64,000 nucleotides of DNA, from positions 15,350-79,349 of the forward strand of contig JBBTYA010000004.1 of NCBI GenBank assembly GCA_038061995.1. Reading direction: 5' to 3'. This DNA is from Patescibacteria group bacterium. Its GTDB lineage: Bacteria; Patescibacteriota; Minisyncoccia; 2-02-FULL-40-12; GWA2-44-9. The notes under the pieces are model-generated. The model was not told the DNA's origin. It did no database searches and saw only the letters and a list, made by a program, of their open reading frames with translations. Position numbers and translations under genes: made by a program. Positions 39,209 through 48,879 of the stretch are shown here, piece after piece. Positions within the stretch are counted from its first letter, which is position 1, and each line of letters opens with the position of its first letter.

Positions 39209-39854
39209 GGGTTGCGTCGGTAATAAGAGAAAACGTGCGAAGCAGATCCTCCGGCTTTGCGGCTCCAACGCGTGCAATGCGTGGATGCGCCCCTGTAAGA
39301 TCAACGATGGTGGATGGTGCGGAAAAAGGGAGTGCGCCAACATCAACTACGATATCAGGTTTGAGACGAGAAAACGATTCAAGAATGCGTTCTACGTCAC
39401 GGAATGATTCTTGTCCTGAGATATTTGCGGACATCAGCGTCAGAGGATACCCAAAAGCATGAAGTACCGCGTCTACTACGGGAGCCGCCGCCGCGCAAAG
39501 AGCTACGGTGCCCGAGCCGGCCGTTACCACAGCGGGCACGATGTCTCGCGATTCGAGAATCACAGAAACGGGCCCTGGCCACACTGCTTTGAGAAAAGCC
39601 GATTGCCGAGTATTCACATATGCAAGCTCCTCTGCCCACCGATGGTCGCGCACTCCCACCGGCACAGGCTTTTGCTCTGGTCGCCCCTTAATGCGAAAAA
39701 CGTGGCGCACATCTTTTTCATTCAGCGCATTCGCGCACAATGCATAGAGCGTGTCCGCTGGGAGCATTGCCACGCCACCGCGCGAGAGTACCCACACCAC
39801 GCGCTGGATAATCTCTTCAGAAATAGTGTCCGTAGTACAACGAATAACTTCCAT
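39186..39854 (-). CDS. tsaC: Threonylcarbamoyl-AMP synthase (Sua5/YrdC)
   Basis: PADTLY, KGRPEQKP, WPGP, SANISG, PSTIVD. Confidence 0.92.
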   Translation of the reverse strand: MEVIRCTTDTISEEIIQRVVWVLSRGGVAMLPADTLYALCANALNEKDVRHVFRIKGRPEQKPVPVGVRDHRWAEELAYVNTRQSAFLKAVWPGPVSVILESRDIVPAVVTAGSGTVALCAAAAPVVDAVLHAFGYPLTLMSANISGQESFRDVERILESFSRLKPDIVVDVGALPFSAPSTIVDLTGAHPRIARVGAAKPEDLLRTFSLITDATHAHGNHS

Positions 39855-39906
39855 AGGATGAATAAACACAACGAGGGCCCCATGGCCCTCGTGTTCTGCT
39901 CGGGCA

Positions 39907-40191
39907 TTACGCCGTCGCTGTTTTCTTCTTTGGCTTCCAGCTTTGTACCTTTTCGCGATCGATAATCTTGTGGTTGACGAGGAGGTTGTTTGCCGTTGCG
40001 CTCACAATTGCGCCTTTGGTCAGCCAGTATGCGATACGCTCCTGTTGCGTAGCGAGCTTTTTCGCGTGTGGATCATAGGTGCCCAAAAGCTCCTGGTACT
40101 CACCCTGGGGTTTCTTTGTGTGCTCGGTAAGAACGAGGCGGAAATACGCCTGCTTCTTCTTGCCAACACGTTGGAGACGGATCATTAACAT
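39907..40191 (-). CDS. rpsP: 30S ribosomal protein S16
   Basis: IRLQRVGKK...YFR, LGTYDP, WLTKGA; own promoter TTGTCT...TAGTAT at ~40202-40229. Confidence 0.96.
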   Translation of the reverse strand: MLMIRLQRVGKKKQAYFRLVLTEHTKKPQGEYQELLGTYDPHAKKLATQQERIAYWLTKGAIVSATANNLLVNHKIIDREKVQSWKPKKKTATA

Positions 40192-40241
40192 TGTGCGAAA
40201 TATACTAGCACAGACTCAAAAAAAGACAAGTGGGGCCCTTC

Positions 40242-40379
40242 GGTAATGACCTCTGCCTTTCGGGCACGCGTCGTGCGCCCCAGCGAGGCGCACGCGCTCC
40301 CTCTCACCCTCACTGCGCCCATAGGGCGCACCGTGCAGATTCGGGTTCCGAGAGGCCCTACAGCCAGAGGATCATTACC
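40242..40379 (-). ncRNA. Candidate structured ncRNA/ssDNA element, copy A (unknown family)
   Basis: Closed three-way junction; homologous to copy B with compensatory changes; G-U pairs favour the - strand. Confidence 0.65.
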
Positions 40380-40395
40380 TACACACAGCTTTTCA

Positions 40396-40542
40396 GCATG
40401 AAAAGATATAGAGGCTCCTGAGACCATTCGGAGCCCGAGCGGGCAGGGTGTCTCCGTAAGGAGACGAGCGAGGGCGAGTGAGACCGCACAGTCCCGCTGG
40501 GACTGTGGCGGGAGTCGGAAGGGGCCTCTATTCTTTTCATGC
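40396..40542 (+). ncRNA. Candidate structured ncRNA/ssDNA element, copy B (unknown family)
   Basis: ~23-bp closing stem, GUAA tetraloop, GCU triloop; same core motifs as copy A in the opposite orientation. Confidence 0.65.
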
Positions 40543-40544
40543 CC

Positions 40545-41246
40545 CTACTTTCCCCACTTTTTCTTTGCCAGGGCATCCTGCGCCGCGGCTTGTTGCGCAT
40601 CTTGTTTGGACGGCCCCTCCCCAACGCCGGTCTGTTCTCCGCTTAAGAATACTCCTACGCGGAAATGGCGTGCGTGATCAGGCCCCCACTCTTCAAGCAC
40701 TTCATAGGTAGGCGTCGCGCTCACGCGCTCTTGTGCCTCTTCTTGTAAGACGCTCTTTGGATCACGATATAAACGTTTTTCGATGATGTCAGGAAGCCGG
40801 CTAAGTACATGGGTTTTAATAACAGCAGCAGCCGGAGCATATCCTCCATCCAAATACACGGCGCCGATAAGGGCCTCCATAGCATTTGCCAAAATGTACT
40901 GCCGGGCGCGGCCAATATCTCTCGCCTCGCCCTTAGAAAGAAGCATGCACTCGTTCAGTGCTAAGTCGCTCGCAATAAGTGCCAACGTGTTTGCGTTCAC
41001 CAGGGCAGCGCGCCAGTTGGTAAGCTCTCCTTCTGGGTTGGGGTACGTTTGATAGAGGTGCTCCGTCACCACCAGCTCTAAGACGGCGTCGCCCAAAAAC
41101 TCAAGACGCTCGTTGTGATCGAGTGGCCACGAAGGATTTTCATTCAAATACGAACGGTGAGTAACCGCCTGCTGAAGGAGTTCTTTTTGTGCGAACGTGT
41201 GCCCAATAACCTCTTGAAGGCGGGCAAGGAGTGCGTCGTGTTCCAT
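40545..41246 (-). CDS. rnc: Ribonuclease III
   Basis: THRSY, NERLEFLGDAVL, EALIGAVYLD, dsRBD; start could be 41261 or 41276. Confidence 0.97.
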   Translation of the reverse strand: MEHDALLARLQEVIGHTFAQKELLQQAVTHRSYLNENPSWPLDHNERLEFLGDAVLELVVTEHLYQTYPNPEGELTNWRAALVNANTLALIASDLALNECMLLSKGEARDIGRARQYILANAMEALIGAVYLDGGYAPAAAVIKTHVLSRLPDIIEKRLYRDPKSVLQEEAQERVSATPTYEVLEEWGPDHARHFRVGVFLSGEQTGVGEGPSKQDAQQAAAQDALAKKKWGK

Positions 41247-41289
41247 GCGAAGTGTGCGCATGGCAACAGAGAACATGACGATTCACAAC

Positions 41290-41814
41290 TTATGATTGTG
41301 CACTGTCATGCGCGCTGTCTGCCTCTGCGGTATCAGCGGAATCTGAAGGTTCTTTACTACCCTCATCACGGTGGGAAGCATCGTCTTTTCCTGGCTCCCC
41401 AATTTCACGATAGACCGTTCCCAATACACCATTTACAAATCTTCCCGAAGCCTCACCGCCGAATGATTTTGCTAGCTCGATTGCCTCATTGATTGCTACT
41501 TTCGGTGGCACTGCAGAGCGGTCTCCGAAGAGAAGTTCATACAGTCCGAGGCGAAGGATGTTTCGGTCAACAATCGCGATTTGATCGAGTGGCCACGCGG
41601 GCGCCGCTTTTTCAATAATCTGATCAACCGCTTCGCGATGCGCTAAAACGCCCTTGATGAGGTCGCGGACGAACTGTGCGTCGTCGAGTCCGGTCCCGAA
41701 CTCGACGAGATTCTTTTCAATAACGGCATTCAGCTTCTCCTCATTTTTGTCTCGGAAATCCCACTCGTAGAGTGTCTGCAGTGCGATCGATCGAGAGAGG
41801 TGTCGTGATGCCAT
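41290..41814 (-). CDS. nusB: Transcription antitermination factor NusB
   Basis: RSIALQTLYE, DRNILR, AINEAIELAK, FVNGVL. Confidence 0.95.
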   Translation of the reverse strand: MASRHLSRSIALQTLYEWDFRDKNEEKLNAVIEKNLVEFGTGLDDAQFVRDLIKGVLAHREAVDQIIEKAAPAWPLDQIAIVDRNILRLGLYELLFGDRSAVPPKVAINEAIELAKSFGGEASGRFVNGVLGTVYREIGEPGKDDASHRDEGSKEPSDSADTAEADSAHDSAQS

Positions 41815-41823
41815 GCTTGAAAA

Positions 41824-42048
41824 CTAGGATGCGGTGCGCTGACGGGCCTTCTCCTGCTTGCGGAGCGCCTTGCCAACAACGTCCACTACCTGACGCCCCT
41901 TGTAATACCCACAGTATCTGCAGGTCGTGTGGGGGCGAATCATTTTTTTACAGTGTCCGCACGCGCTCAGCCCCGCTGGCTTTCGTGCCAGGTGACTGCG
42001 GCGGCGACCCTGTCGGCCTTTGGCCAAATGGTGTCGTGGTACTGCCAT
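41824..42048 (-). CDS. rpmF: 50S ribosomal protein L32
   Basis: MAVP...RRSH, CxxC...PHxxCxxCGYY. Confidence 0.95.
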   Translation of the reverse strand: MAVPRHHLAKGRQGRRRSHLARKPAGLSACGHCKKMIRPHTTCRYCGYYKGRQVVDVVGKALRKQEKARQRTAS

Positions 42049-42142
42049 ACGTGACGCCCAGAATACCACGGAAAGGTGCGCCCTGCAAGCATCGCCGGTT
42101 ATCCATTGCAGATGGCCTCCGGTCGGGCCACAATGGGGACGC

Positions 42143-45100
42143 ATGCGATTCACCCATTTACACACCCACTCGCACTACTCTCTCCTCGACGGCCTTTCCA
42201 AAGTAGACGCCATCGTTTCGCGTGTAAAAGAGGCTGGAATGGATTCTGTCGCCATTACTGACCACGGTGTTATGTATGGCGCTATCGAATTTTATAAAAA
42301 AGCAACGAAAGCCGGCGTGAAGCCAATCATCGGGTGCGAAATGTACATCACGAGCGGATCGCGACACGATAAACGTGCAGGCATCGATGATCAGCGCTAC
42401 CACCTCATTCTCCTTGCAGAAACAAACGAGGGCTACCAGAACCTCATGAAGCTCGTAACCGCAGCGCACCTTGAAGGCTTCTACTACAAGCCACGCATTG
42501 ATAAAGAAATTCTCCGCCAACACAGCAAGGGGCTGATCGGCCTTTCGGCATGCCTCGCCGGAGAAATCTCACGCGCGCTCACGGGCAACGACTACCCCGC
42601 TGCGTGCGCCAAAGCTCGTGAATACGAAGATATTTTTGGAAAAGGGAACTTCTTCATTGAGCTCCAACAGCACACCAGTATTCCCGATCAAAATATGGTG
42701 ACCCCGCAGCTTGTGCGCCTCGCACGAGAGCTGAATATCCCCATGGTCGCCACGCAAGACTCTCACTACACCCACCACCACGACCAAGAGGCGCACGATA
42801 TTCTCCTCGCGGTGCAGACAGGAAATAAGCTCGACGACAAAGATCGCTTCAGCATGAATCAGGATGACTTTTCTCTCCTCACCGTAGAGGAAATGCGAGA
42901 AAAATTCCTCCCCCTCGGCGAAGATGTTGTAGAGGAAGCATTTGAGAACACGGCAAAGATCGCAGATCGCTGTTCACTCACCATTGAAATCGGAAAAACC
43001 CAACTCCCCTCATTTCCACTTCCCGAAGGACAGACTGATACGTTCGCCTACCTTTCAGAACTCGTCGCGCAAGGGGTGCGCCGTCGCTTTGGCGAGACAG
43101 AACGCCCCGACGTCACTGAGCGCATTACCTATGAAATGGGGGTTATTAAAGAAACGGGCTTTGCTTCCTACTTCCTCATCGTCCAAGACTTCGTGAACTG
43201 GGCGAAACGCCAGGGCATTATTGTGGGGCCGGGCCGCGGCTCTGCCGCGGGGAGTCTCGTCGCCTACGTTTTACACATTACCAACATAGACCCCCTCCAC
43301 TATAACCTCCTCTTTGAGCGCTTCTTAAACCCCGCCCGCATCTCCATGCCTGATATTGACCTTGACTTCGCAGATCACCGACGCGACGAGGTCCTGCACT
43401 ATGTTTCCGAGAAGTACGGCAAAGATCACGTCGCGCAGATCATTACCTTCGGAACGATGGCTGCACGGGGCAGTATCCGCGACACCGGGCGCGCACTCGG
43501 CTTGAGCTACGATTTTTGCGATCGCGTCGCAAAGATGATCCCGTTTAATCCCAATGCTGGGGGCGACAAAACCGGTCAGCTCGCGAAAGCCCTAGAAAAT
43601 GTTGCGGAACTAAAAGAAGCATACGATAAAGATCCCGATATTAAGCGCCTCATTGATTCTGCCGCAAAGCTTGAGGGCGTCGCCCGCCATGCGTCTACGC
43701 ATGCATGCGCCGTGGTGATCTCGCCGAAGCCACTTACTGAATACCTTCCCCTCCAACAGGGCACCAACGAAGGCGATGTTATCACGCAGTATGAAATGCA
43801 CGCCGTCGAAGATCTCGGACTCTTGAAGATGGATTTCCTCGGCCTCGCGAACCTCACCATCATCGAGCACGCGCTCACCATGATTAAAGAACGGCATGGC
43901 GTCACTATAGATATAGACGCACTCCCGCTCGATGATGCAAAGGCATTTCGCCTCCTCCAAGAGGCGAAAACCACGGGAGTCTTCCAATTGGAGTCCGCTG
44001 GTATGAAGCGATATCTCAAGGAGCTGCGCCCCACCACCGTTGAAGATATTATCGCTATGTGTGCTCTGTACCGCCCGGGCCCGATGGACCTCATCCCCGA
44101 CTATATTAATCGAAAGCATGGACGAAGTAAGGTGGTATACCTCCACCCAGCCCTGGAGCCCATTCTCAAAAACACCTACGGCATTATGGTGTACCAGGAA
44201 CAGCTCATGGCCGCCGTACGTGCACTGGCAGGTTTCAGTCTTGCCGAAGCGGATATCATGAGAAAAGCAGTTGGTAAGAAGATTAAATCACTCCTCGACG
44301 AGCAGGAGGGCAAGTTTAAAGACGGGTGCGCACGCGTTGGCACTCCGAAAGATGTAGCAGACACATTCTGGGGCCTCGTTGAACCATTCAACCGCTACGC
44401 CTTCAATAGAAGTCATGCCGCGTGCTATGCGGTCATCGCGTATCAAACGGCATATCTGAAAGCGAACTTCCCCGCCGAATTCATGGCATCGTTCATGAAT
44501 AGTGAAACGGGAGATGTGGAGCGCATCGCATTTCTGATCGACGAATGCCGCTCGATGAAAATCGACGTCCTCCCTCCCGACGTCAATCAAAGTGGCGAAC
44601 GCTTCGCAGTTGTCTCCGATGCGCCACCCGCCATTCGCTTTGGGCTCACCGCTATCAAAAACGTTGGCGAGCATGCCGTGCAAGCGCTCATCACCGAGCG
44701 CACAGCGAACGGACCATTCACGAGTATTGCTGATTTCGTTACGCGCATTCCTTCCAAAGATCTCAATAAAAAATCTCTCGAGAGCCTTATTAAATCAGGC
44801 GCACTTGATGCATTTGGGGAACGCAGCGCCCTGTTGGCCAGCATGGATAATTTGCTAAGCTACGCACGCGAACACCAGAAGAACGCTTCCAGCGGGCAAA
44901 CGAGTCTCTTTGGCGAGCACACTGCGACAGCTCTACCGCCGGTGAGTTTAGCAAAAGCAGAGCCAGCAACGACGTGGTCACGTCTCTCATGGGAAAAAGA
45001 GCTCCTTGGTCTTTACGTTTCAGAGCATCCACTCGACTCATTTAAAACACAACTCGCACAGGAACGCGTCATTCCTATCAAAAACATCGTGCCACGCGTC

Positions 45101-45361
45101 ACGCACACATTTGCCATCGGGGGCATGGTGACTCGCGTGCAAAAGATTGTTACTAAAACAGGAAAACCGATGGCCTTTCTGGAGCTTGAAGACCTCACCG
45201 GAAAAATGGAGGCTGTGGTTTTTCCAACGGTGTTGGCAAAGTTTCAAGACATCTGTACTGAAAACCATATTCTCGTTGCACAAGGAAAGGTGAACGAACG
45301 CGACGGACGCGTTTCATTTCTCTGTGATTCATTAAAGTCACTCGCAGAGCTCGGAAAATAA
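42143..45361 (+). CDS. dnaE: DNA polymerase III alpha subunit
   Basis: HLHTHSHYSLLDG, GRGSAAGS, PDIDLDF, KMDFLGL, YAFNRSH, OB fold. Confidence 0.98.
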   Translation: MRFTHLHTHSHYSLLDGLSKVDAIVSRVKEAGMDSVAITDHGVMYGAIEFYKKATKAGVKPIIGCEMYITSGSRHDKRAGIDDQRYHLILLAETNEGYQNLMKLVTAAHLEGFYYKPRIDKEILRQHSKGLIGLSACLAGEISRALTGNDYPAACAKAREYEDIFGKGNFFIELQQHTSIPDQNMVTPQLVRLARELNIPMVATQDSHYTHHHDQEAHDILLAVQTGNKLDDKDRFSMNQDDFSLLTVEEMREKFLPLGEDVVEEAFENTAKIADRCSLTIEIGKTQLPSFPLPEGQTDTFAYLSELVAQGVRRRFGETERPDVTERITYEMGVIKETGFASYFLIVQDFVNWAKRQGIIVGPGRGSAAGSLVAYVLHITNIDPLHYNLLFERFLNPARISMPDIDLDFADHRRDEVLHYVSEKYGKDHVAQIITFGTMAARGSIRDTGRALGLSYDFCDRVAKMIPFNPNAGGDKTGQLAKALENVAELKEAYDKDPDIKRLIDSAAKLEGVARHASTHACAVVISPKPLTEYLPLQQGTNEGDVITQYEMHAVEDLGLLKMDFLGLANLTIIEHALTMIKERHGVTIDIDALPLDDAKAFRLLQEAKTTGVFQLESAGMKRYLKELRPTTVEDIIAMCALYRPGPMDLIPDYINRKHGRSKVVYLHPALEPILKNTYGIMVYQEQLMAAVRALAGFSLAEADIMRKAVGKKIKSLLDEQEGKFKDGCARVGTPKDVADTFWGLVEPFNRYAFNRSHAACYAVIAYQTAYLKANFPAEFMASFMNSETGDVERIAFLIDECRSMKIDVLPPDVNQSGERFAVVSDAPPAIRFGLTAIKNVGEHAVQALITERTANGPFTSIADFVTRIPSKDLNKKSLESLIKSGALDAFGERSALLASMDNLLSYAREHQKNASSGQTSLFGEHTATALPPVSLAKAEPATTWSRLSWEKELLGLYVSEHPLDSFKTQLAQERVIPIKNIVPRVTHTFAIGGMVTRVQKIVTKTGKPMAFLELEDLTGKMEAVVFPTVLAKFQDICTENHILVAQGKVNERDGRVSFLCDSLKSLAELGK

Positions 45362-45419
45362 AAAGGCCGGCGACACCCTAAGGTATCTCCGGCCCGGAAA
45401 GAACTTGCGAGCGGCTCGA

Positions 45420-45635
45420 CTAGCAACCGCCCGCTGGGGACGCAACGTCCACCGAAGGCCCGGATGCCTTGACCCGTCGAGCCAAGGCATCGATGCCGTG
45501 CTTCCCGCGCAGCTTCACCAGCTCGCGACCGATGGTATCCATGGCCGCGACCGCATCGGGTGCGGTGCCACCTTCGACGAGATCGGATGCGAGGTCTCGC
45601 AGCTGATCTCGAACGTCCTGAAGCGTCAACTTCAT
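45420..45635 (-). CDS. Hypothetical protein (ORFan cassette)
   Basis: GGAGGAGG SD before ATG 45635; helical 71 aa; terminator at ~45360-45393. Confidence 0.7.
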   Translation of the reverse strand: MKLTLQDVRDQLRDLASDLVEGGTAPDAVAAMDTIGRELVKLRGKHGIDALARRVKASGPSVDVASPAGGC

Positions 45636-45643
45636 GCCTCCTC

Positions 45644-45895
45644 CTATCCTAGACCAGCGATGGCAGTGAACCGAGCCGTCGCCTCCGGCACCAAGCGCAC
45701 GGAGCGCAGATGCACCGCGCACAGCCCGTGCGCCTCCCCGAACACCCTACGCTCCGCGGCAACCGACGCGGAATGCTCCTTCACGTGAAGCAGGCTCATG
45801 GCTTCTTCACGTGACGCACCCCGCTCCTGCAAGCCGCGTAGGAACTCCTCTTTCAGTTCGAGGAGTCGCTCCTCGAACGCCTTCACTCCCATCAC
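45644..45895 (-). CDS. Hypothetical protein (ORFan cassette)
   Basis: AAGGAGG SD downstream of a consensus promoter. Confidence 0.72.
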   Translation of the reverse strand: MMGVKAFEERLLELKEEFLRGLQERGASREEAMSLLHVKEHSASVAAERRVFGEAHGLCAVHLRSVRLVPEATARFTAIAGLG

Positions 45896-45924
45896 GCCTC
45901 CTTGGTGTAACGACGAGAGTAGCC

Positions 45925-45953
45925 ATTATAATACAGTTTTCTAGATAAGTCAA
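45925..45953 (-). promoter_or_regulatory. Sigma70-type promoter
   Basis: TTGACT-17 nt-TATAAT. Confidence 0.8.
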
Positions 45954-45995
45954 AACCTTTCATTTGCCTACATTATTCGGTATTCTACAGAAACT

Positions 45996-47738
45996 ATGGC
46001 ACAGCAATTAGAACAAGTTCGACATTCACTCGCTCACCTATTAGCCGCGGCAGTACAGAAGCACTTCCCCGACGCGAAACGCACGCTTGGCCCCGCGATT
46101 GAGAACGGTTTTTACTATGACTTTCTCTTTCCCACACCCATTAGTGATCACGACCTAGAAAAAATCGAGCGCACCATGCGCGAGATTCTCCCGTCGTGGA
46201 CTTCTTTCGAGCACAAGGTGGTTAGTGAAGATGAGGCGCGTTCGGCATTTGTAGGAAACGAATTCAAACAGGAACTCATTGGCGACATCGTCGCAAAAGG
46301 TGAAAAGCTTACTCTCTATACGAGCGGCGGCTTCACCGATCTCTGCCGTGGCGGGCACGTAGAGAATCCAGCACACGATATCCCCGCCGATAGCTTCAAA
46401 CTTGAGAAACTTGCTGGCGCCTACTGGCGTGGCGATGAAACAAAAGCGCAGCTCACCCGCATCTACGGCCTTGCATTTGAATCAAAAGAAAAACTCGACG
46501 CCTATCTCACGATGGTTGAGGAGGCTAAGAAGCGCGACCACAAGATTCTCGGACCCGCGCTTGATCTCTTCACCTTCTCTGATCTCGTTGGCGCTGGCCT
46601 TCCCCTTTGGACACCAAAAGGAACCCTCCTACGCAATGTGCTCGACGATTTTGTGTGGTCACTCCGTGCCAAGCGCGGCTACATGAAGGTAGAGATTCCT
46701 CACATCACAAAGAAAGACCTCTACGTCACTTCGGGCCACTGGGAGAAATTTAAAGACGATCTTTTCCGCATCACCACACGCGAGAAGCACGAATTCGCCA
46801 TGAAGCCGATGAACTGCCCACACCACACGCAGATCTATGCACGCAAGCAGTGGAGCTATCGCGAGCTCCCTCAGCGCTATGCAAACACCACCATGTGCTA
46901 CCGCGATGAGCAGTCGGGCGAGCTCTCGGGCCTCTCCCGCGTCCGCAGCTTCGCGCAAGATGACGCTCACGTTTTTTGCCGCATGTCGCAAGCGCGTGAA
47001 GAGTTCTTGAAGGTCTGGGATATTGTTCATGAATTTTACACCCCGTTTGGTTTTGAACTCCGCGTACGCCTCTCGCGCCACGATCCCGCACAGCCAGAGA
47101 AATATCTTGGCGATCCGCAGCGCTGGGAAACCGCAGAGAGCATGTTGCAAGACATCATCGCAGAAAAGAAAGTTGATGCGATCGATGGCCTTGGCGAAGC
47201 AGCATTCTATGGACCGAAGCTCGACTTCCTCGCACAAGACTCTCTTGGTCGTGAGTGGCAAGTAGCCACCATTCAGCTCGACATGAACATGCCAGAGCGC
47301 TTTGACCTCACCTGCGTGAATGAAAAAGCAGAGAAAGAGCGCATCGTGATGATCCACGCCGCGATTATGGGCTCTATTGAGCGCTTTCTCTCCATTGCCA
47401 TCGAGCACTTTGCAGGAGCATTCCCACTCTGGCTCGCGCCCGTGCAGGTTGCTGTCCTCCCTATTTCAGAAAAACAGCTTGAATACGCACAAAGTGTTTC
47501 TACAAAACTTACAGAAGCAGGATTCCGCGTAGAACTGCGGGATGAAAACGAAAGTATTGGAAAAAAGATTCGCGCCGCAGAGATGATGAAGATTCCGTAT
47601 CTCCTTGTAGTTGGCGCAAAAGAAGCCGAGGCACAGGCCGTTGCAGTACGTCAGCGTGGCGCTGGCGATACAGGTGCAATCTCTCTTGATGCGTTTATCG
47701 AGAAAGCAAAAGGAGAAGTAGCGCAGAAATCACAGTAA
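45996..47738 (+). CDS. thrS: Threonine--tRNA ligase (no TGS domain)
   Basis: RHSLAH, DLCRGGH, KRDHK, KPMNCPHH, AAFYGPKLD, GSIERF. Confidence 0.97.
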   Translation: MAQQLEQVRHSLAHLLAAAVQKHFPDAKRTLGPAIENGFYYDFLFPTPISDHDLEKIERTMREILPSWTSFEHKVVSEDEARSAFVGNEFKQELIGDIVAKGEKLTLYTSGGFTDLCRGGHVENPAHDIPADSFKLEKLAGAYWRGDETKAQLTRIYGLAFESKEKLDAYLTMVEEAKKRDHKILGPALDLFTFSDLVGAGLPLWTPKGTLLRNVLDDFVWSLRAKRGYMKVEIPHITKKDLYVTSGHWEKFKDDLFRITTREKHEFAMKPMNCPHHTQIYARKQWSYRELPQRYANTTMCYRDEQSGELSGLSRVRSFAQDDAHVFCRMSQAREEFLKVWDIVHEFYTPFGFELRVRLSRHDPAQPEKYLGDPQRWETAESMLQDIIAEKKVDAIDGLGEAAFYGPKLDFLAQDSLGREWQVATIQLDMNMPERFDLTCVNEKAEKERIVMIHAAIMGSIERFLSIAIEHFAGAFPLWLAPVQVAVLPISEKQLEYAQSVSTKLTEAGFRVELRDENESIGKKIRAAEMMKIPYLLVVGAKEAEAQAVAVRQRGAGDTGAISLDAFIEKAKGEVAQKSQ

Positions 47739-47739
47739 G

Positions 47740-47950
47740 AAAAAGGGGCTCGGGTGGAGAGGTTGATGGCGCAAGGCCTAGCAACATCACACGCACGAGC
47801 CCCGGGTTGTCGCGCTTGGGTCAAGGATTCTGGCATAATCCTCCCGACTCCCTTACGCCGTCCCCGCTCTAGGCGGGGACCTTTTTACGAAAACAGCACG
47901 CTTACGAGGCCTCCCGCCTCGGGCGAGCACTGGCACCCTTGGTAGCCATT
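47740..47950 (-). ncRNA. Candidate ~210-nt small RNA
   Basis: TTGACA-17-TAATAT promoter at 47957-47985; multiple GC hairpins; ends GGGGCUCG...CGAGCCCC-U5. Confidence 0.5.
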
Positions 47951-47985
47951 GCGCGTATATTATCATATAGTGTACACTCTGTCAA

Positions 47986-48840
47986 ATGCCCCAAGAGAAG
48001 CCGCATATCCTCGTCATTGTTGGCCCCACCGCATCAGGGAAATCTGATCTCGCCATTGCGCTTGCTCGCGAACTGTATGGCGAGATCATTTCCGCAGACT
48101 CGCGCCAGGTATATCGCAGCATGGATATCGGCACAGGAAAAGTAACCAAGCGTGAACAAAAACTCGCGCGACACTGGCTGCTCGATGTTGCCTCCCCTAC
48201 GCGCCAATACACAGTGGCACATTTTGTGCGCGATGCTACAAAAGCAATTCGCGACATCACTAAGCGTGGCAAGCTCCCCATCATTTGCGGTGGAACTGCC
48301 TTTTGGATCGATGCGCTCGTCTACGGGCAATCTATCCCCGACGTGAAACCAGATCCAAAACTACGCGCCAGGCTTCAAAAACTTTCAGCTTCCCAACTTT
48401 TTGCAAAACTGCAGAAGCTTGACCCTGCACGCGCCAACTCCATTGATCGCCATAACCCCGTACGCCTTATTCGCGCACTTGAGATTGTTATGACCACGGG
48501 AAAGCCCGTACCCCAGCAAAAGAGCGAGCCACGCTATAACGCGCATTGGATTGGCGTATCTCGAGCACAAGAAGAACTAAAGGCACGTATTGAAAAACGC
48601 CTGGACGCGCGACTCCGCCACGGCATGATTGCCGAAATAAAAAAACTACACACCAACGGCGTAAGCTGGAAAAAGCTGGAATCCTTTGGACTTGAGTACC
48701 GCTGGATTGCGCGCTTTCTGCAAAAGAAAATCACGCGCACCGAAATGCGCACCGCGCTTCTCCACGACATCATTGCCTACGCCAAGCGCCAGCTCACCTG
48801 GTGGCGAAAGAATAAAGAGATACGGTGGGTGAAAAACTAA
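47986..48840 (+). CDS. miaA: tRNA dimethylallyltransferase
   Basis: GPTASGKS, ISADSRQVY, GGT, YAKRQLTW. Confidence 0.96.
   Translation: MPQEKPHILVIVGPTASGKSDLAIALARELYGEIISADSRQVYRSMDIGTGKVTKREQKLARHWLLDVASPTRQYTVAHFVRDATKAIRDITKRGKLPIICGGTAFWIDALVYGQSIPDVKPDPKLRARLQKLSASQLFAKLQKLDPARANSIDRHNPVRLIRALEIVMTTGKPVPQQKSEPRYNAHWIGVSRAQEELKARIEKRLDARLRHGMIAEIKKLHTNGVSWKKLESFGLEYRWIARFLQKKITRTEMRTALLHDIIAYAKRQLTWWRKNKEIRWVKN
48787..48828 (+). repeat. Direct repeat 1, copy a (3' end of miaA)
   Basis: 39/42 identical to 49321-49362. Confidence 0.9.
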
Positions 48841-48879
48841 AACGAGACTACTGGTCTCGTTTTAGTTTTATGAGCGAAG

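Noticed and set aside
40231-40545. tmRNA, SRP RNA, FMN/TPP/lysine/c-di-AMP riboswitch or HDV/hammerhead ribozyme identity for the paired element
   Set aside because: Only short chance matches (e.g. GGGCAGGGTG, CCTCGCTGG); required cores and tRNA-like ends are absent. ORFs 40185-40427, 40230-40421 and 40379-40624 look like non-coding shadows.
47651-47836. 61-aa - strand ORF with GGAGG
   Set aside because: SD only 3 nt from ATG and inside a hairpin; the ORF crosses a terminator and overlaps thrS antisense.
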